DNA of 42,510 nt from positions 1 to 42,510 of the forward strand of contig CAYHIX010000002.1 in the NCBI GenBank assembly GCA_964356875.1. Direction: 5' to 3'. The translations under genes were made by a program, and so were the position numbers. Positions 1 to 7,513 of this stretch are shown one piece after another (position 1 is the first letter of the stretch; every line of letters starts with the position of its first letter). Below the pieces are notes generated by a model. The model saw only the letters and a program-made list of their open reading frames with translations, made no database searches and was not told the DNA's origin. The DNA comes from an uncultured Candidatus Saccharibacteria bacterium (GTDB lineage: Bacteria; Patescibacteriota; Minisyncoccia; Phycocordibacterales; UBA9973).

Positions 1-55
1 ACCTGCCACCTCCTCATTGCAAATGAGGCGCTCTAGCCAGATGAGCTAAGGGCCC
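1..55 (-). tRNA. tRNA-Ala(UGC), truncated by the window edge (T-arm 3' half and acceptor 3' strand missing)
   Basis: Reverse complement reads GGGCCCT-TA-GCTC-ATCTGGCTA-GAGC-G-CCTCA-TTTGCAA-TGAGG-AGGTG-GCAGG-T... D and anticodon stems pair. The anticodon loop is TT-TGC-AA and G3 fits Ala. The 5' end is ambiguous by 1 nt (55 or 56). Confidence 0.8.
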
Positions 56-209
56 CTCTATCTAAAAGACTAACTACAATATTCTATATTATTTTACTAA
101 TAATGCAACTCCGCCTGGGTTGTTTTTTCTGTGTTTTCTGGTACTATATGTAAGTTCCTTTTAAATTTAATACATTCCGGGGTAGCTCAGTGGTAGAGCG
201 GTCGCCTGT

Positions 210-761
210 GGAAATTTCCACCCTTTGGTATAATATATTTATGCCAGACAATAGGAAATATGCCGATAGACGAGAAGCACTTATTAAAGCTGTTGCAAAA
301 CGACGTAAGAAAATAAAAGTTCTTTCAGTCGAATACAAAGGTGGCAAATGCCAAATTTGCGGATATATGAAATGTATCGGAGCCCTAGAACTTCACCACA
401 TTAATGCTAAAGAAAAAAGTTTTGGTGTTGGTGATAAAGGGTATACTCGTGCATGGATTGTTGTGCAAAAAGAATTAGATAAGTGTGTGCTTTTGTGTGC
501 CAATTGTCACAGAGAAGTCGAGTCAGGTATAACGCAGCTTTCTATCGAAAGATAGATCGAAAACAAGGTGAATTGCTGGAAACCCTCACGAGAGGGCAAT
601 CAGCAGCCAATCCCTAAATTTTAGGGCAGGTTCAGAGACTATCCTTTTATAGGAGTAGCCTGATTCAAAATCAGTCGAAGCGCCTTGCTCCTAAGTTTAC
701 AATTTATTTGTGAATATGGAGATGATATAGTCAATCCCTTTTAGTAATAAGAGGATAAGTG
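210..761 (+). mobile_element. Group I intron with an HNH endonuclease ORF in its 5' peripheral region
   Basis: Conserved core elements are readable. P is AATTGCTGGAAA (571-582), Q is AATCAGCAGCC (598-608), R is GTTCAGAGACTAT (630-642) and S is GAGATGATATAGTC (719-732). The P4 pair is TGCTG/CAGCA, the P5 hairpin is CCCTC-ACGA-GAGGG (583-596), the P7 pair is GACTA/TAGTC, and the P8 arms are AGGAG (651-655) and CTCCT (689-693). The intron ends in G. Confidence 0.8.
241..555 (+). CDS. Intron-encoded HNH-family homing endonuclease (104 aa)
   Basis: ORF-track frame 190..555. ATG at 241 is preferred because codons upstream of 210 lie in the tRNA exon. Motifs are CQIC...LELHHI...CANCHREVE (CxxC, HH, CxxCH zinc-finger HNH). 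The stop lies just before the intron P3-P4 core. Confidence 0.8.
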   Translation: MPDNRKYADRREALIKAVAKRRKKIKVLSVEYKGGKCQICGYMKCIGALELHHINAKEKSFGVGDKGYTRAWIVVQKELDKCVLLCANCHREVESGITQLSIER

Positions 762-821
762 TAAGCGATTGGTCGTAGGTTCGATCCCTACCCCCGGAGC
801 AAATGAAGCCATATTGAAATT

Positions 822-849
822 AGCGAGGATTATGTGTATAATCCTCGCT
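822..849 (+). terminator. Perfect 12-bp stem-loop downstream of tRNA-Asn
   Basis: AGCGAGGATTAT-GTGT-ATAATCCTCGCT. There is no T-tract after it, so the terminator role is uncertain. Confidence 0.35.
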
Positions 850-906
850 GTAAGAAGTATGTTCTTTATGTATTAAGAAAAATCAAATAAAGTAGAGAGG
901 TTAAAA

Positions 907-1656
907 ATGAAAAAACTAATGGCCATTTTGGCTATTTTTCTTTATGTGGTTTTTGCTTCATTCTCGGCTTTTAGCCAGGAAAAAGAAGAAAAGACTGCTG
1001 TTTCTGTAAACTTTGGGGTTGGGTCAGTCCAACATGAGTGGGATACAGGGGAGTCCGAATTTCACCATCCTATATCATTCGCTTCACTCAAGCTTGAACG
1101 AAAGCTGGGGAAAAAAGTTTATGGATGCTTTGAAGTTCTGGGGCAATTTGCTCTAACGAGAAAAAGCCCAAACAAAGGCGAAAGACTAGAACTTGGTGGG
1201 TGTTTAGTTTATAAACCCACCAAAACAGTTAAAGTGGAGACTTCTTTCACTAATTATCGGATGCGAGATTTTAGCGTTCGAAAGTTTGCCGTTGTAGTTT
1301 CAAAAGAATGGGAGCTTAGAGAAAAAGTCTCTACCGAGGCTTACAACAACCTTATGATTTTTTCCGGTTCGGATAAACATCATAAAACTGGTTTCTTAAA
1401 CAAAGTCGGAATTTCAACCACTTTTAAACCATCCAGAAAAGTAAAAGTCGTTGGGGATTTTAGTTTAGGAGGGGACAATGCTCCTCTTGAATTTAAAAAA
1501 CCAACTGCAACTCTTTTTCTAAAACTTAGAGCTGAAAAGAAAATTACTGCACACTCGTCAGTGTTCGGGGAATGGAGATACTCAAAGCCATTCACCGATA
1601 CGAGGCATACCATCTCATCTTTCCAGGCAGGAATGAATTTTCACTTCGGTTTCTAA
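907..1656 (+). CDS. Secreted beta-strand-rich protein with an outer-membrane-barrel-like C-terminal signature (249 aa)
   Basis: GAGAGG lies upstream of the ATG. Signal peptide is MKKLMAILAIFLYVVFASFSAFS. The C-terminus AGMNFHFGF has hydrophobic or aromatic residues at -1, -3, -5, -7 and -9. No family recognised. Confidence 0.6.
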   Translation: MKKLMAILAIFLYVVFASFSAFSQEKEEKTAVSVNFGVGSVQHEWDTGESEFHHPISFASLKLERKLGKKVYGCFEVLGQFALTRKSPNKGERLELGGCLVYKPTKTVKVETSFTNYRMRDFSVRKFAVVVSKEWELREKVSTEAYNNLMIFSGSDKHHKTGFLNKVGISTTFKPSRKVKVVGDFSLGGDNAPLEFKKPTATLFLKLRAEKKITAHSSVFGEWRYSKPFTDTRHTISSFQAGMNFHFGF

Positions 1657-1684
1657 TCTCTGATTAATTTGTAGTATTAGCCTT

Positions 1685-1718
1685 ATGCCACCCAAGGAAA
1701 CGCGGGTGGCATTTTTTA
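1685..1718 (+). terminator. Rho-independent terminator
   Basis: ATGCCACCC-loop-GGGTGGCAT followed by a T-run, directly after the 907..1656 stop. Confidence 0.75.
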
Positions 1719-1784
1719 TATTAAATAATATATTTTGGATTGTGTAAAGGTTGTGAATTTATATATCAGAGTTATAGTACGAGT

Positions 1785-2687
1785 ATGAATACTATTTTTA
1801 ATAAAATTTCAATATATGGATTTCTAGGGTTTTGTTTGATTTTACTAAGTTTTAGCTTATCTATTGATAAGGCAGATGCCCAATTTTTTTATTCAAACAG
1901 TGGTCAGAACAATGCTTCGGATTATGCCTATTATCGACAAATATGCCCAAGTGATTTTGTATTAACTGTTTATGGCAATGGGCAATATATGTGTTATAAG
2001 CTTTTGGGCGCAGGCGTTGGGCAAGTGCTAGGTGCTTATTCAACAAATTATAATTATAATCCGGTTTCATATACCAGCTCAATTCCGGGCTGTAGACCGG
2101 GGTATATTTACTCAGAAACAACAGGACAAAGGTGTGATAGTTATAATTATAATTACAACAATAATAACTTAAATGGTAATTCTGGAAGTATCGAAAATTT
2201 TGATATAAGATACGGGGACGATACTTCTTTAGAGGAAGGTGACGATAATTCTGAAGTTATGGAAGTAAATTTTGATGTGCGAGATGGGGATATCAGGTTA
2301 GATAGGGTAGAGTTTAATTTTGAGTTTACTGGAAACAATAATGGAGAAGATTTACCTTGGAATACATTTGAAGAGATCAGGCTTCTATTGGACGGGAACG
2401 AACTAGATAGTATAAATGCTGATAATGGCAGTGATTGGGACAGAGAAGGTGGAGATCTATACAGTATTACATTCTCCGGTTTAAATGAAACAATAAGAGA
2501 AAACGATAGAGCGAATCTCACTCTCGAGGTTGACCTTAAACCAAATATTGATGTAACAAGCAACAACTATATTTCTTGGAAGATTTTTGTTCCAGACCAT
2601 GGAGTCAGAGCTTTTAATGGAAATGGAAAAACACTATATGGTGGTGATGATTCAGAATATGTAGAAATACATATTGATGAAAATTAG
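1785..2687 (+). CDS. Secreted hypothetical protein (Cys-containing N-terminal part, Asn/Tyr-rich linker, acidic C-terminal domain)
   Basis: ORF-track frame 1740..2687. ATG at 1785 is preferred because it directly precedes the hydrophobic signal/anchor ISIYGFLGFCLILLSFSLSI. The linker reads YNYNYNNNNLNGN. No family recognised. Confidence 0.55.
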   Translation: MNTIFNKISIYGFLGFCLILLSFSLSIDKADAQFFYSNSGQNNASDYAYYRQICPSDFVLTVYGNGQYMCYKLLGAGVGQVLGAYSTNYNYNPVSYTSSIPGCRPGYIYSETTGQRCDSYNYNYNNNNLNGNSGSIENFDIRYGDDTSLEEGDDNSEVMEVNFDVRDGDIRLDRVEFNFEFTGNNNGEDLPWNTFEEIRLLLDGNELDSINADNGSDWDREGGDLYSITFSGLNETIRENDRANLTLEVDLKPNIDVTSNNYISWKIFVPDHGVRAFNGNGKTLYGGDDSEYVEIHIDEN

Positions 2688-2723
2688 TATTTATATTAGA
2701 TACATCTCTTTAAATAACAAACT

Positions 2724-2752
2724 AAAAAACTACCATTTACGGGTAGTTTTTT
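2724..2752. terminator. Bidirectional hairpin between convergent genes
   Basis: AAAAAACTACC-loop-GGTAGTTTTTT, with an A-tract and a T-tract flanking the stem. Confidence 0.55.
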
Positions 2753-2798
2753 AGTGAAAATTATTGAATCACTATCCTGTTTTTAATCCACGGAGTGA

Positions 2799-3005
2799 TT
2801 ATTTTCTTGAAAAACTCATAACTTGAGTAGCTAGGTATATAGCCGCGATTCCAACTAGCGCAAAAACGATCCTAGAAATAGCGGACATATCCCCAAAGAG
2901 AGCTGAGACTAAATTGAAGTTTAATATACCTACTAACCCCCAGTTTAAACCACCCACTACAACTAGAACAATAGATATTAAATCTAATACATTAAGTTTA
3001 TTCAT
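2799..3005 (-). CDS. DUF378-like small membrane protein (68 aa)
   Basis: Two TM helices and a GGLNWGLVG motif typical of DUF378. Confidence 0.6.
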   Translation of the reverse strand: MNKLNVLDLISIVLVVVGGLNWGLVGILNFNLVSALFGDMSAISRIVFALVGIAAIYLATQVMSFSRK

Positions 3006-3020
3006 ATTATTTATTCATTT

Positions 3021-3036
3021 ATTATAAATTTATAAT
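3021..3036. promoter_or_regulatory. 16-bp perfect palindrome in a divergent promoter region (candidate operator)
   Basis: ATTATAAATTTATAAT equals its own reverse complement. It lies between the divergent genes 2799..3005(-) and 3082..3951(+). It is AT-only, so a chance occurrence is plausible. Confidence 0.2.
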
Positions 3037-3081
3037 CGACCTTTTATTGATATTTATAATAATATAGGTTATGATAGTATC

Positions 3082-3951
3082 ATGCAAATCATGCATTTCA
3101 CACCACCACAACTCGCATCAATATTCCAAGTAAACGAGACCACTATAAAACGTTGGATCTGGGCAGGTAAGCTTAAAGCCAGTTTGACCACTGGTCGGCA
3201 TTATCGTGTCTCTAGAGACCAGTTGAATGATTTCTTCAAGCGCTATCCCAAAATATCTTTAAATTCTTATGTGATCAGAAGATATAGTAAACAAAAAGAA
3301 AAGAAAATCCAAGAGTGGGAAGAGTATTATGACCTGATGTTGAAAAACAAACACGAAGAGGCTTTTGTGTTATTGCAATCAACATACTTATCTGGGAATA
3401 ATATCACCAACATCGTGGATACTTATATTGTCCCAGTACTTCACAAGATTGGATTTGATTATAGCAAAGAAATTATCTCCATATACGAAGAACATAGAAT
3501 GAGTTTTCGTATAAGTGAACAACTATCTAAGTTAGAGCAGTTTGTAAGTAAAAATAATAAAAATAGGAAAAGGGCAATCTTGCTCTGTGCTGAAGGAGAT
3601 AATCATATCATACCTCTCCAGATGCTTAATCTAGTTTTGGGTAAAAACAATATAGACACTCATGTTCTAGGTATGAATATATCTTATGAACAACTTGAAA
3701 AAGCAGTAAAAGAAATAAAGCCAAATATGATCTGCATTACAAAGCTTTACAATATAAATAATCCAAAGAAGTATTTAGAAAAAACAAAAAAACTTACAAA
3801 GAAATATAAAATTTTTATTGCTCTTGGGGGTCCTGGATGGAATGAAGAAATAAAGAAAAATTTACATAGAAATATCCGCTGGTTTGGTTCGATGGGCAGC
3901 CTTGAAAAATTTCTTAGCACTAAAGGTGGTCTTAAATTGTCGGATCTGTAG
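3082..3951 (+). CDS. CarH/LitR-like regulator: excisionase-type HTH plus helical-bundle and cobalamin-binding-like domain
   Basis: The N-terminus FTPPQLASIFQVNETTIKRWIWAGKL...YRVSRDQL is an HTH_17-like helix-turn-helix. The middle VPVLHKIGFDYSKEIISIYEEHRMS resembles the B12-binding_2 helical cap. The C-terminal Rossmann-like part has LLCAEGDNHIIPL (DxHxx-, with P where G is canonical) and ALGGPG. Confidence 0.55.
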   Translation: MQIMHFTPPQLASIFQVNETTIKRWIWAGKLKASLTTGRHYRVSRDQLNDFFKRYPKISLNSYVIRRYSKQKEKKIQEWEEYYDLMLKNKHEEAFVLLQSTYLSGNNITNIVDTYIVPVLHKIGFDYSKEIISIYEEHRMSFRISEQLSKLEQFVSKNNKNRKRAILLCAEGDNHIIPLQMLNLVLGKNNIDTHVLGMNISYEQLEKAVKEIKPNMICITKLYNINNPKKYLEKTKKLTKKYKIFIALGGPGWNEEIKKNLHRNIRWFGSMGSLEKFLSTKGGLKLSDL

Positions 3952-4003
3952 TCTGTTGGGGAGCCAGTAGCAAATTTACTTTTTTTGGTTTAATATTATA
4001 AAT

Positions 4004-4222
4004 ATGGAAATTTTACAACAATATTTAATAACTTTTGGTTGGGCGATAACAGGGGCTGTTTCTATGGCTATATCTCTAGGGATACTGGTCAAAGTTTTTT
4101 CTTGGATCACACCTATAGATGAATGGCAGGAGATAAACAAAGGTAACTTAGCTCCAGCTATCGTACTCAGTAGTGCTATTTTAGGTACTGCGCTTGTAAT
4201 AGCTCTAACAATAATGACTTAA
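4004..4222 (+). CDS. DUF350-like small membrane protein (72 aa)
   Basis: Two TM helices flank a short PIDEWQEINKGNLA loop. The stop overlaps the next start by 1 nt. Confidence 0.5.
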   Translation: MEILQQYLITFGWAITGAVSMAISLGILVKVFSWITPIDEWQEINKGNLAPAIVLSSAILGTALVIALTIMT

Positions 4223-4449
4223 TGAAGAAGTTTATATTTTTTATTTTTATAATAACTCTACTTACCCCACAGATATCCTTTGCACACCCAGGTAGGACTG
4301 ATTTTAAGGGTGGGCATACGTGTAAGACAAATTGTAAAGACTGGGGACTTCGCGATGGAGAATATCATTTTCACGGAACAAAAACAAAAGAAACTAAAAC
4401 TGAAGCAAAGAAAACAGCCCCTGTTTCGTCAAAATTACAATCTAGATAG
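4222..4449 (+). CDS. YHYH-domain secreted protein (75 aa)
   Basis: Signal peptide followed by HPGRTDFKGGH...GEYHFHG, the YHYH-type motif. Translationally coupled to 4004..4222. Confidence 0.6.
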   Translation: MKKFIFFIFIITLLTPQISFAHPGRTDFKGGHTCKTNCKDWGLRDGEYHFHGTKTKETKTEAKKTAPVSSKLQSR

Positions 4450-4516
4450 AAACTTAAACTTAGTAAGAGCCGTTTTATTAAAGCAGACTAATGAGGTAAA
4501 AAAGACAATATGGTGT

Positions 4517-4786
4517 TTACTGTTTCTGTTCAAGTATTTCGCTGAGACGGTCTATGATTTTGTTGGTAATTTCTTCTGAGTCAAAACTCCAATAATCATG
4601 TCCATTACCGGCTTCATCTGAGAGTGAAATCTCAAAACGCCCCTCGGTGTTTTTCAGGGGAAGCATATCCCATAAGAGATCTTTATCTTCGGAAATCTTG
4701 AAAATCTCTTGCGCGATGGCATTGATATGCTCCGTTGAAAGTTCACCAGAGAAATCTCTATTAGGGTTTGACGATTCTGTGGACAT
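4517..4786 (-). CDS. Acidic cytoplasmic hypothetical protein (89 aa)
   Basis: ORF track only. No motif recognised. Confidence 0.4.
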   Translation of the reverse strand: MSTESSNPNRDFSGELSTEHINAIAQEIFKISEDKDLLWDMLPLKNTEGRFEISLSDEAGNGHDYWSFDSEEITNKIIDRLSEILEQKQ

Positions 4787-4887
4787 TTTTTATAGTTACC
4801 TTAAGTGATATTGTATCACGTATATTTGTTTTGAGCTGGGAGTGGACTTTTTGGTTGATAGGTATATATTGAAAATAGAGGTGAAAT

Positions 4888-5292
4888 ATGAACGCTAAAA
4901 TGAAAACTTTAGCGATACGTTTCGCTAAAGTTTGTATTTTATTATTGGTTTTATCTGCTCCACTAATGGGGCAAGTAATGCCAAAACACAAGGATCTTCA
5001 TCGTGCCAATGAGCCAGATTGGTGGGATGGCGTCGAGATAGATTTTATTATCTTGTCCGGGCGCACTGGGCGTAATATGGGCAGGTTGATATATTACAAA
5101 AACCAGGAAGACTTTAAAAAGGGGAATATTTCTGAAGACATTGAATGGGATGAGAATACTTTATTCTTTGGTCTCCAAACTCAGAAGAAATTTTACCCGA
5201 ATGGGTGCTTTGTGATCCTGCATTGTAGAGCACACAAGATGGCTTACTTTCTTGAGCAGTTTGAATGCTCAAAATGGGAAGCAAAGCCTTAG
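4888..5292 (+). CDS. Secreted hypothetical protein (134 aa)
   Basis: N-terminal hydrophobic signal (VCILLLVLSAPLMG), followed by a clean terminator. Confidence 0.5.
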   Translation: MNAKMKTLAIRFAKVCILLLVLSAPLMGQVMPKHKDLHRANEPDWWDGVEIDFIILSGRTGRNMGRLIYYKNQEDFKKGNISEDIEWDENTLFFGLQTQKKFYPNGCFVILHCRAHKMAYFLEQFECSKWEAKP

Positions 5293-5328
5293 GCTGCGCG
5301 ATGGAGTAATCCGAGCGCAGCTTTTTTT
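5293..5328 (+). terminator. Rho-independent terminator
   Basis: GCTGCGC-loop-GCGCAGC followed by TTTTTTT. Confidence 0.8.
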
Positions 5329-5403
5329 GTTATCCACCTTTTGAACTTTTTTTTAAAAATATAGGAGTATAATTAATATATTAGCAATTAACCATTTATT
5401 TTT

Positions 5404-5763
5404 ATGAGTAATGATAAAAAATTAGAATGGATTCTTCGTATTGGTGTAGCTGGTGAGTTTTTAGGTCATGGTGTGTTTGCAGTTTTAGGTAAGGCTGACT
5501 GGATAAAATGGACTCAGCAACTTACTGGTTTAGATGCAGGTATGGCTGGGACTTTTATTATGTTAGTAGGGGTGATGGATATTATTATGGCAATAATTGT
5601 TCTCTGGAAGCCGATCAGGCCACTGTTACTTTGGATGGCTTTCTGGGGGTTCTGGACAGCTCTCGTACGTCCGCTTGTAGGTATGCCTATTTGGGATTTC
5701 ATAGAAAGGTTTGCAAACTGGGCAGCGCCTCTTGCACTGTACTACGTTTATAAAAAAAGATAG
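5404..5763 (+). CDS. Integral membrane protein, possibly DoxX-like (119 aa)
   Basis: Four predicted hydrophobic helices. Sits upstream of msrA. The family assignment is tentative. Confidence 0.45.
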   Translation: MSNDKKLEWILRIGVAGEFLGHGVFAVLGKADWIKWTQQLTGLDAGMAGTFIMLVGVMDIIMAIIVLWKPIRPLLLWMAFWGFWTALVRPLVGMPIWDFIERFANWAAPLALYYVYKKR

Positions 5764-5775
5764 AATAATTGGGTA

Positions 5776-6264
5776 ATGATAAAAAAAGCAGTATTTGCGG
5801 GAGGGTGTTTTTGGGGACTCGAAGATCTAATAAGGAAACAACCTGGCGTGGTCGACACGACAGTGGGGTACACTGGTGGAAGTGTGGACAATCCTACATA
5901 TCATAACCACGAAGGTCATGCCGAGGCTTTAGAGATAGAATACGATACTGAAAAAACTTCATATAAGAATCTGTTAGATTTTTTCTTTCAAATTCATAAC
6001 CCCACAACTTTGAATCAGCAAGGGAACGATAAAGGGACTTCATATAGGTCTGCTATTTTCTATGGAAGCGAAGAAGAGAAAAAAGAAGGAGAAGATTTTA
6101 TTAAAATTGTAAATGATTCCAAGAGATGGAAAGATAAAGTGGTTACCACACTAGAATCACTTGTGAAATTTTACCCGGCTGAAGAGTATCATCAAGACTA
6201 TTTGGTTAAAAATCCAGGTGGGTACACATGCCACGCTATTTATTTTGATAGTTATCTAAAATAA
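5776..6264 (+). CDS. msrA: Peptide-methionine (S)-S-oxide reductase MsrA
   Basis: [14 protein letters not shown]...GYTGG...NPTYHNH...[10 protein letters not shown] are diagnostic MsrA motifs. Confidence 0.9.
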   Translation: MIKKAVFAGGCFWGLEDLIRKQPGVVDTTVGYTGGSVDNPTYHNHEGHAEALEIEYDTEKTSYKNLLDFFFQIHNPTTLNQQGNDKGTSYRSAIFYGSEEEKKEGEDFIKIVNDSKRWKDKVVTTLESLVKFYPAEEYHQDYLVKNPGGYTCHAIYFDSYLK

Positions 6265-6326
6265 ATATACCCATTACGCTATATCACGCCTTGAAACTAG
6301 AGAGGTAATAGAGTAAAATTGTATAT

Positions 6327-6890
6327 ATGGAAAATTTAAAATTTATTTTGATTCTCGCTCTTAGCTTAGCCCTTCTTGGATTCGGAGGATACTGGGCTAT
6401 TAATACGATGCAGTCTGGTAGTGACTATGTAAAAAATCAAAAGATCAAAGAACTCGAAGAAGAAAACGAAAAATTAAAACTCTCTCTGGGAAATATGGAA
6501 ACTGAAAATTCCATAGCAAATGAAACTCCTAAAATAGAAACACCTACTCCCGCACCTACTCCTGCTCCAGTCGTAGTAAAGCCTACCACTCCAACTCCGA
6601 CAAAACCTACCACGACTACACATAAGCACCAAACTTTGATAAATGAGTTACAAAAACTTGCTGACAAAGGCGCAGTCATAGAGCCAGGGGATGCTAGCCC
6701 AGCTGTAGGTAGTGTGCAGAAATTTTTAAATATTTATAACAAAACTTCTAATAAGGTAGATAATGACTATGGTGCTAGCACAAAGACTGCAGTAATAGCA
6801 TTTCAAAAAGCTCAAGGGCTCACAGCTGATGGAGGAGTAGGCAAATCGACATTTACTAAAATGGTCTCCTGGCTCAAAAAACAAGGATAA
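6327..6890 (+). CDS. Membrane-anchored protein with a Pro/Thr linker and a peptidoglycan-binding (PG_binding_1-like) domain
   Basis: N-terminal TM, a coiled segment, a PTPAPTPAPVVVKPTTPTPTKPTTT linker, and a C-terminal VQKFLN...DNDYGASTKTAVIAFQKAQGLTADGGVG. Confidence 0.65.
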   Translation: MENLKFILILALSLALLGFGGYWAINTMQSGSDYVKNQKIKELEEENEKLKLSLGNMETENSIANETPKIETPTPAPTPAPVVVKPTTPTPTKPTTTTHKHQTLINELQKLADKGAVIEPGDASPAVGSVQKFLNIYNKTSNKVDNDYGASTKTAVIAFQKAQGLTADGGVGKSTFTKMVSWLKKQG

Positions 6891-6975
6891 ATCACCCAAT
6901 ACTATTTAGTAACGAAAAGGTCGCAGATAGGATGGGTATAAAAATATATTATTAATTTTATTTAATAAATAAAAC

Positions 6976-7407
6976 ATGAAAAAAGAAAATTTAGTTTACG
7001 CGATACTTCGTTATGCGATGAGTCTTGTATTTCTTTGGGCATTTTTCGATAAGCTTTTTGGTTTAGGTTTTGCTACGACTGCGGAAAAGGCTTGGGTCCA
7101 CGGCGGGTCACCTACAGCAGGGTTTCTTACGTTTGCAGCTAAGGGTCCATTTGCTGCTGTCTTTCATAGTATGGCCGGGGTGGCTGTGGTGGATTGGTTG
7201 TTTATGCTTGGGCTTTTGTTCGTAGGGGGGACTTTACTGCTTAATAGATATGTAAAATGGGGGTGCCTAGCGGGGGGAGTTATGCTTTTTTTGATGTACT
7301 TAGCCCTACTTTTGCCAGAGAATAACCCACTTATTGATGATCACATTATATATATACTAGTTCTTGCTCTTATCGCCCTACATCACGAACAAAAACAACC
7401 TGTATAG
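6976..7407 (+). CDS. DoxX/DoxD-family membrane protein
   Basis: LRYAMSLVFLWAFFDKLFGLGF...WVHGGSPTAGFL and four TM helices. Confidence 0.65.
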   Translation: MKKENLVYAILRYAMSLVFLWAFFDKLFGLGFATTAEKAWVHGGSPTAGFLTFAAKGPFAAVFHSMAGVAVVDWLFMLGLLFVGGTLLLNRYVKWGCLAGGVMLFLMYLALLLPENNPLIDDHIIYILVLALIALHHEQKQPV

Positions 7408-7415
7408 ATAAGTTT

Positions 7416-7444
7416 TTGCAAAAAAACTTAAAAAAGGGTATAAT
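7416..7444 (+). promoter_or_regulatory. Near-consensus sigma70-type promoter (TTGCAA-17 nt-TATAAT)
   Basis: TTGCAA at 7416-7421, an exact 17-nt spacer, and TATAAT at 7439-7444. It is followed by a 6-bp hairpin (7482-7497) and a GGGG-containing SD before the ATG at 7514. Confidence 0.6.
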
Positions 7445-7513
7445 ATAAGATATTCATTAATAATACAAAATTACCGTTCAGGCTTGCTATTGCGAGCAAT
7501 CGGGGAAAATTAT

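Larger units (their letters stand above)
176..799 (+). tRNA. tRNA-Asn(GUU) gene interrupted in the anticodon loop by a 552-nt intron (exons 176..209 and 762..799)
   Basis: Joined exons give a 72-nt cloverleaf: TCCGGGG-TA-GCTC-AGTGGTA-GAGC-G-GTCGC-CTGTTAA-GCGAT-TGGTC-GTAGG-TTCGATC-CCTAC-CCCCGGA-G. U1:A72 and discriminator G73 match bacterial tRNA-Asn. CCA is not encoded. An alternative junction register would give Thr(UGU); see findings. Confidence 0.8.

Noticed and set aside
201-212. Reading the interrupted tRNA as tRNA-His (loop CTGTGGA, anticodon GTG)
   Set aside because: This would need intron boundaries A|A and A|G, which violate the group I rules (U before the 5' splice site, G as the last intron nucleotide). 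The gene also lacks G-1 and has U1/G73, typical of Asn rather than His.
144-347. Minus-strand ORF 144..347, and the N-terminal extension of ORF 190..555 beginning at GTG 190
   Set aside because: Both run through tRNA-Asn exon 1 and the intron 5' end. The HNH ORF is better started at ATG 241. The minus-strand ORF has no support.
4280-4991. ORFs 4280..4579(+) and 4761..4991(-)
   Set aside because: They overlap better-supported genes (the YHYH protein 4222..4449, 4517..4786 and 4888..5292), and they lack start context and motifs.
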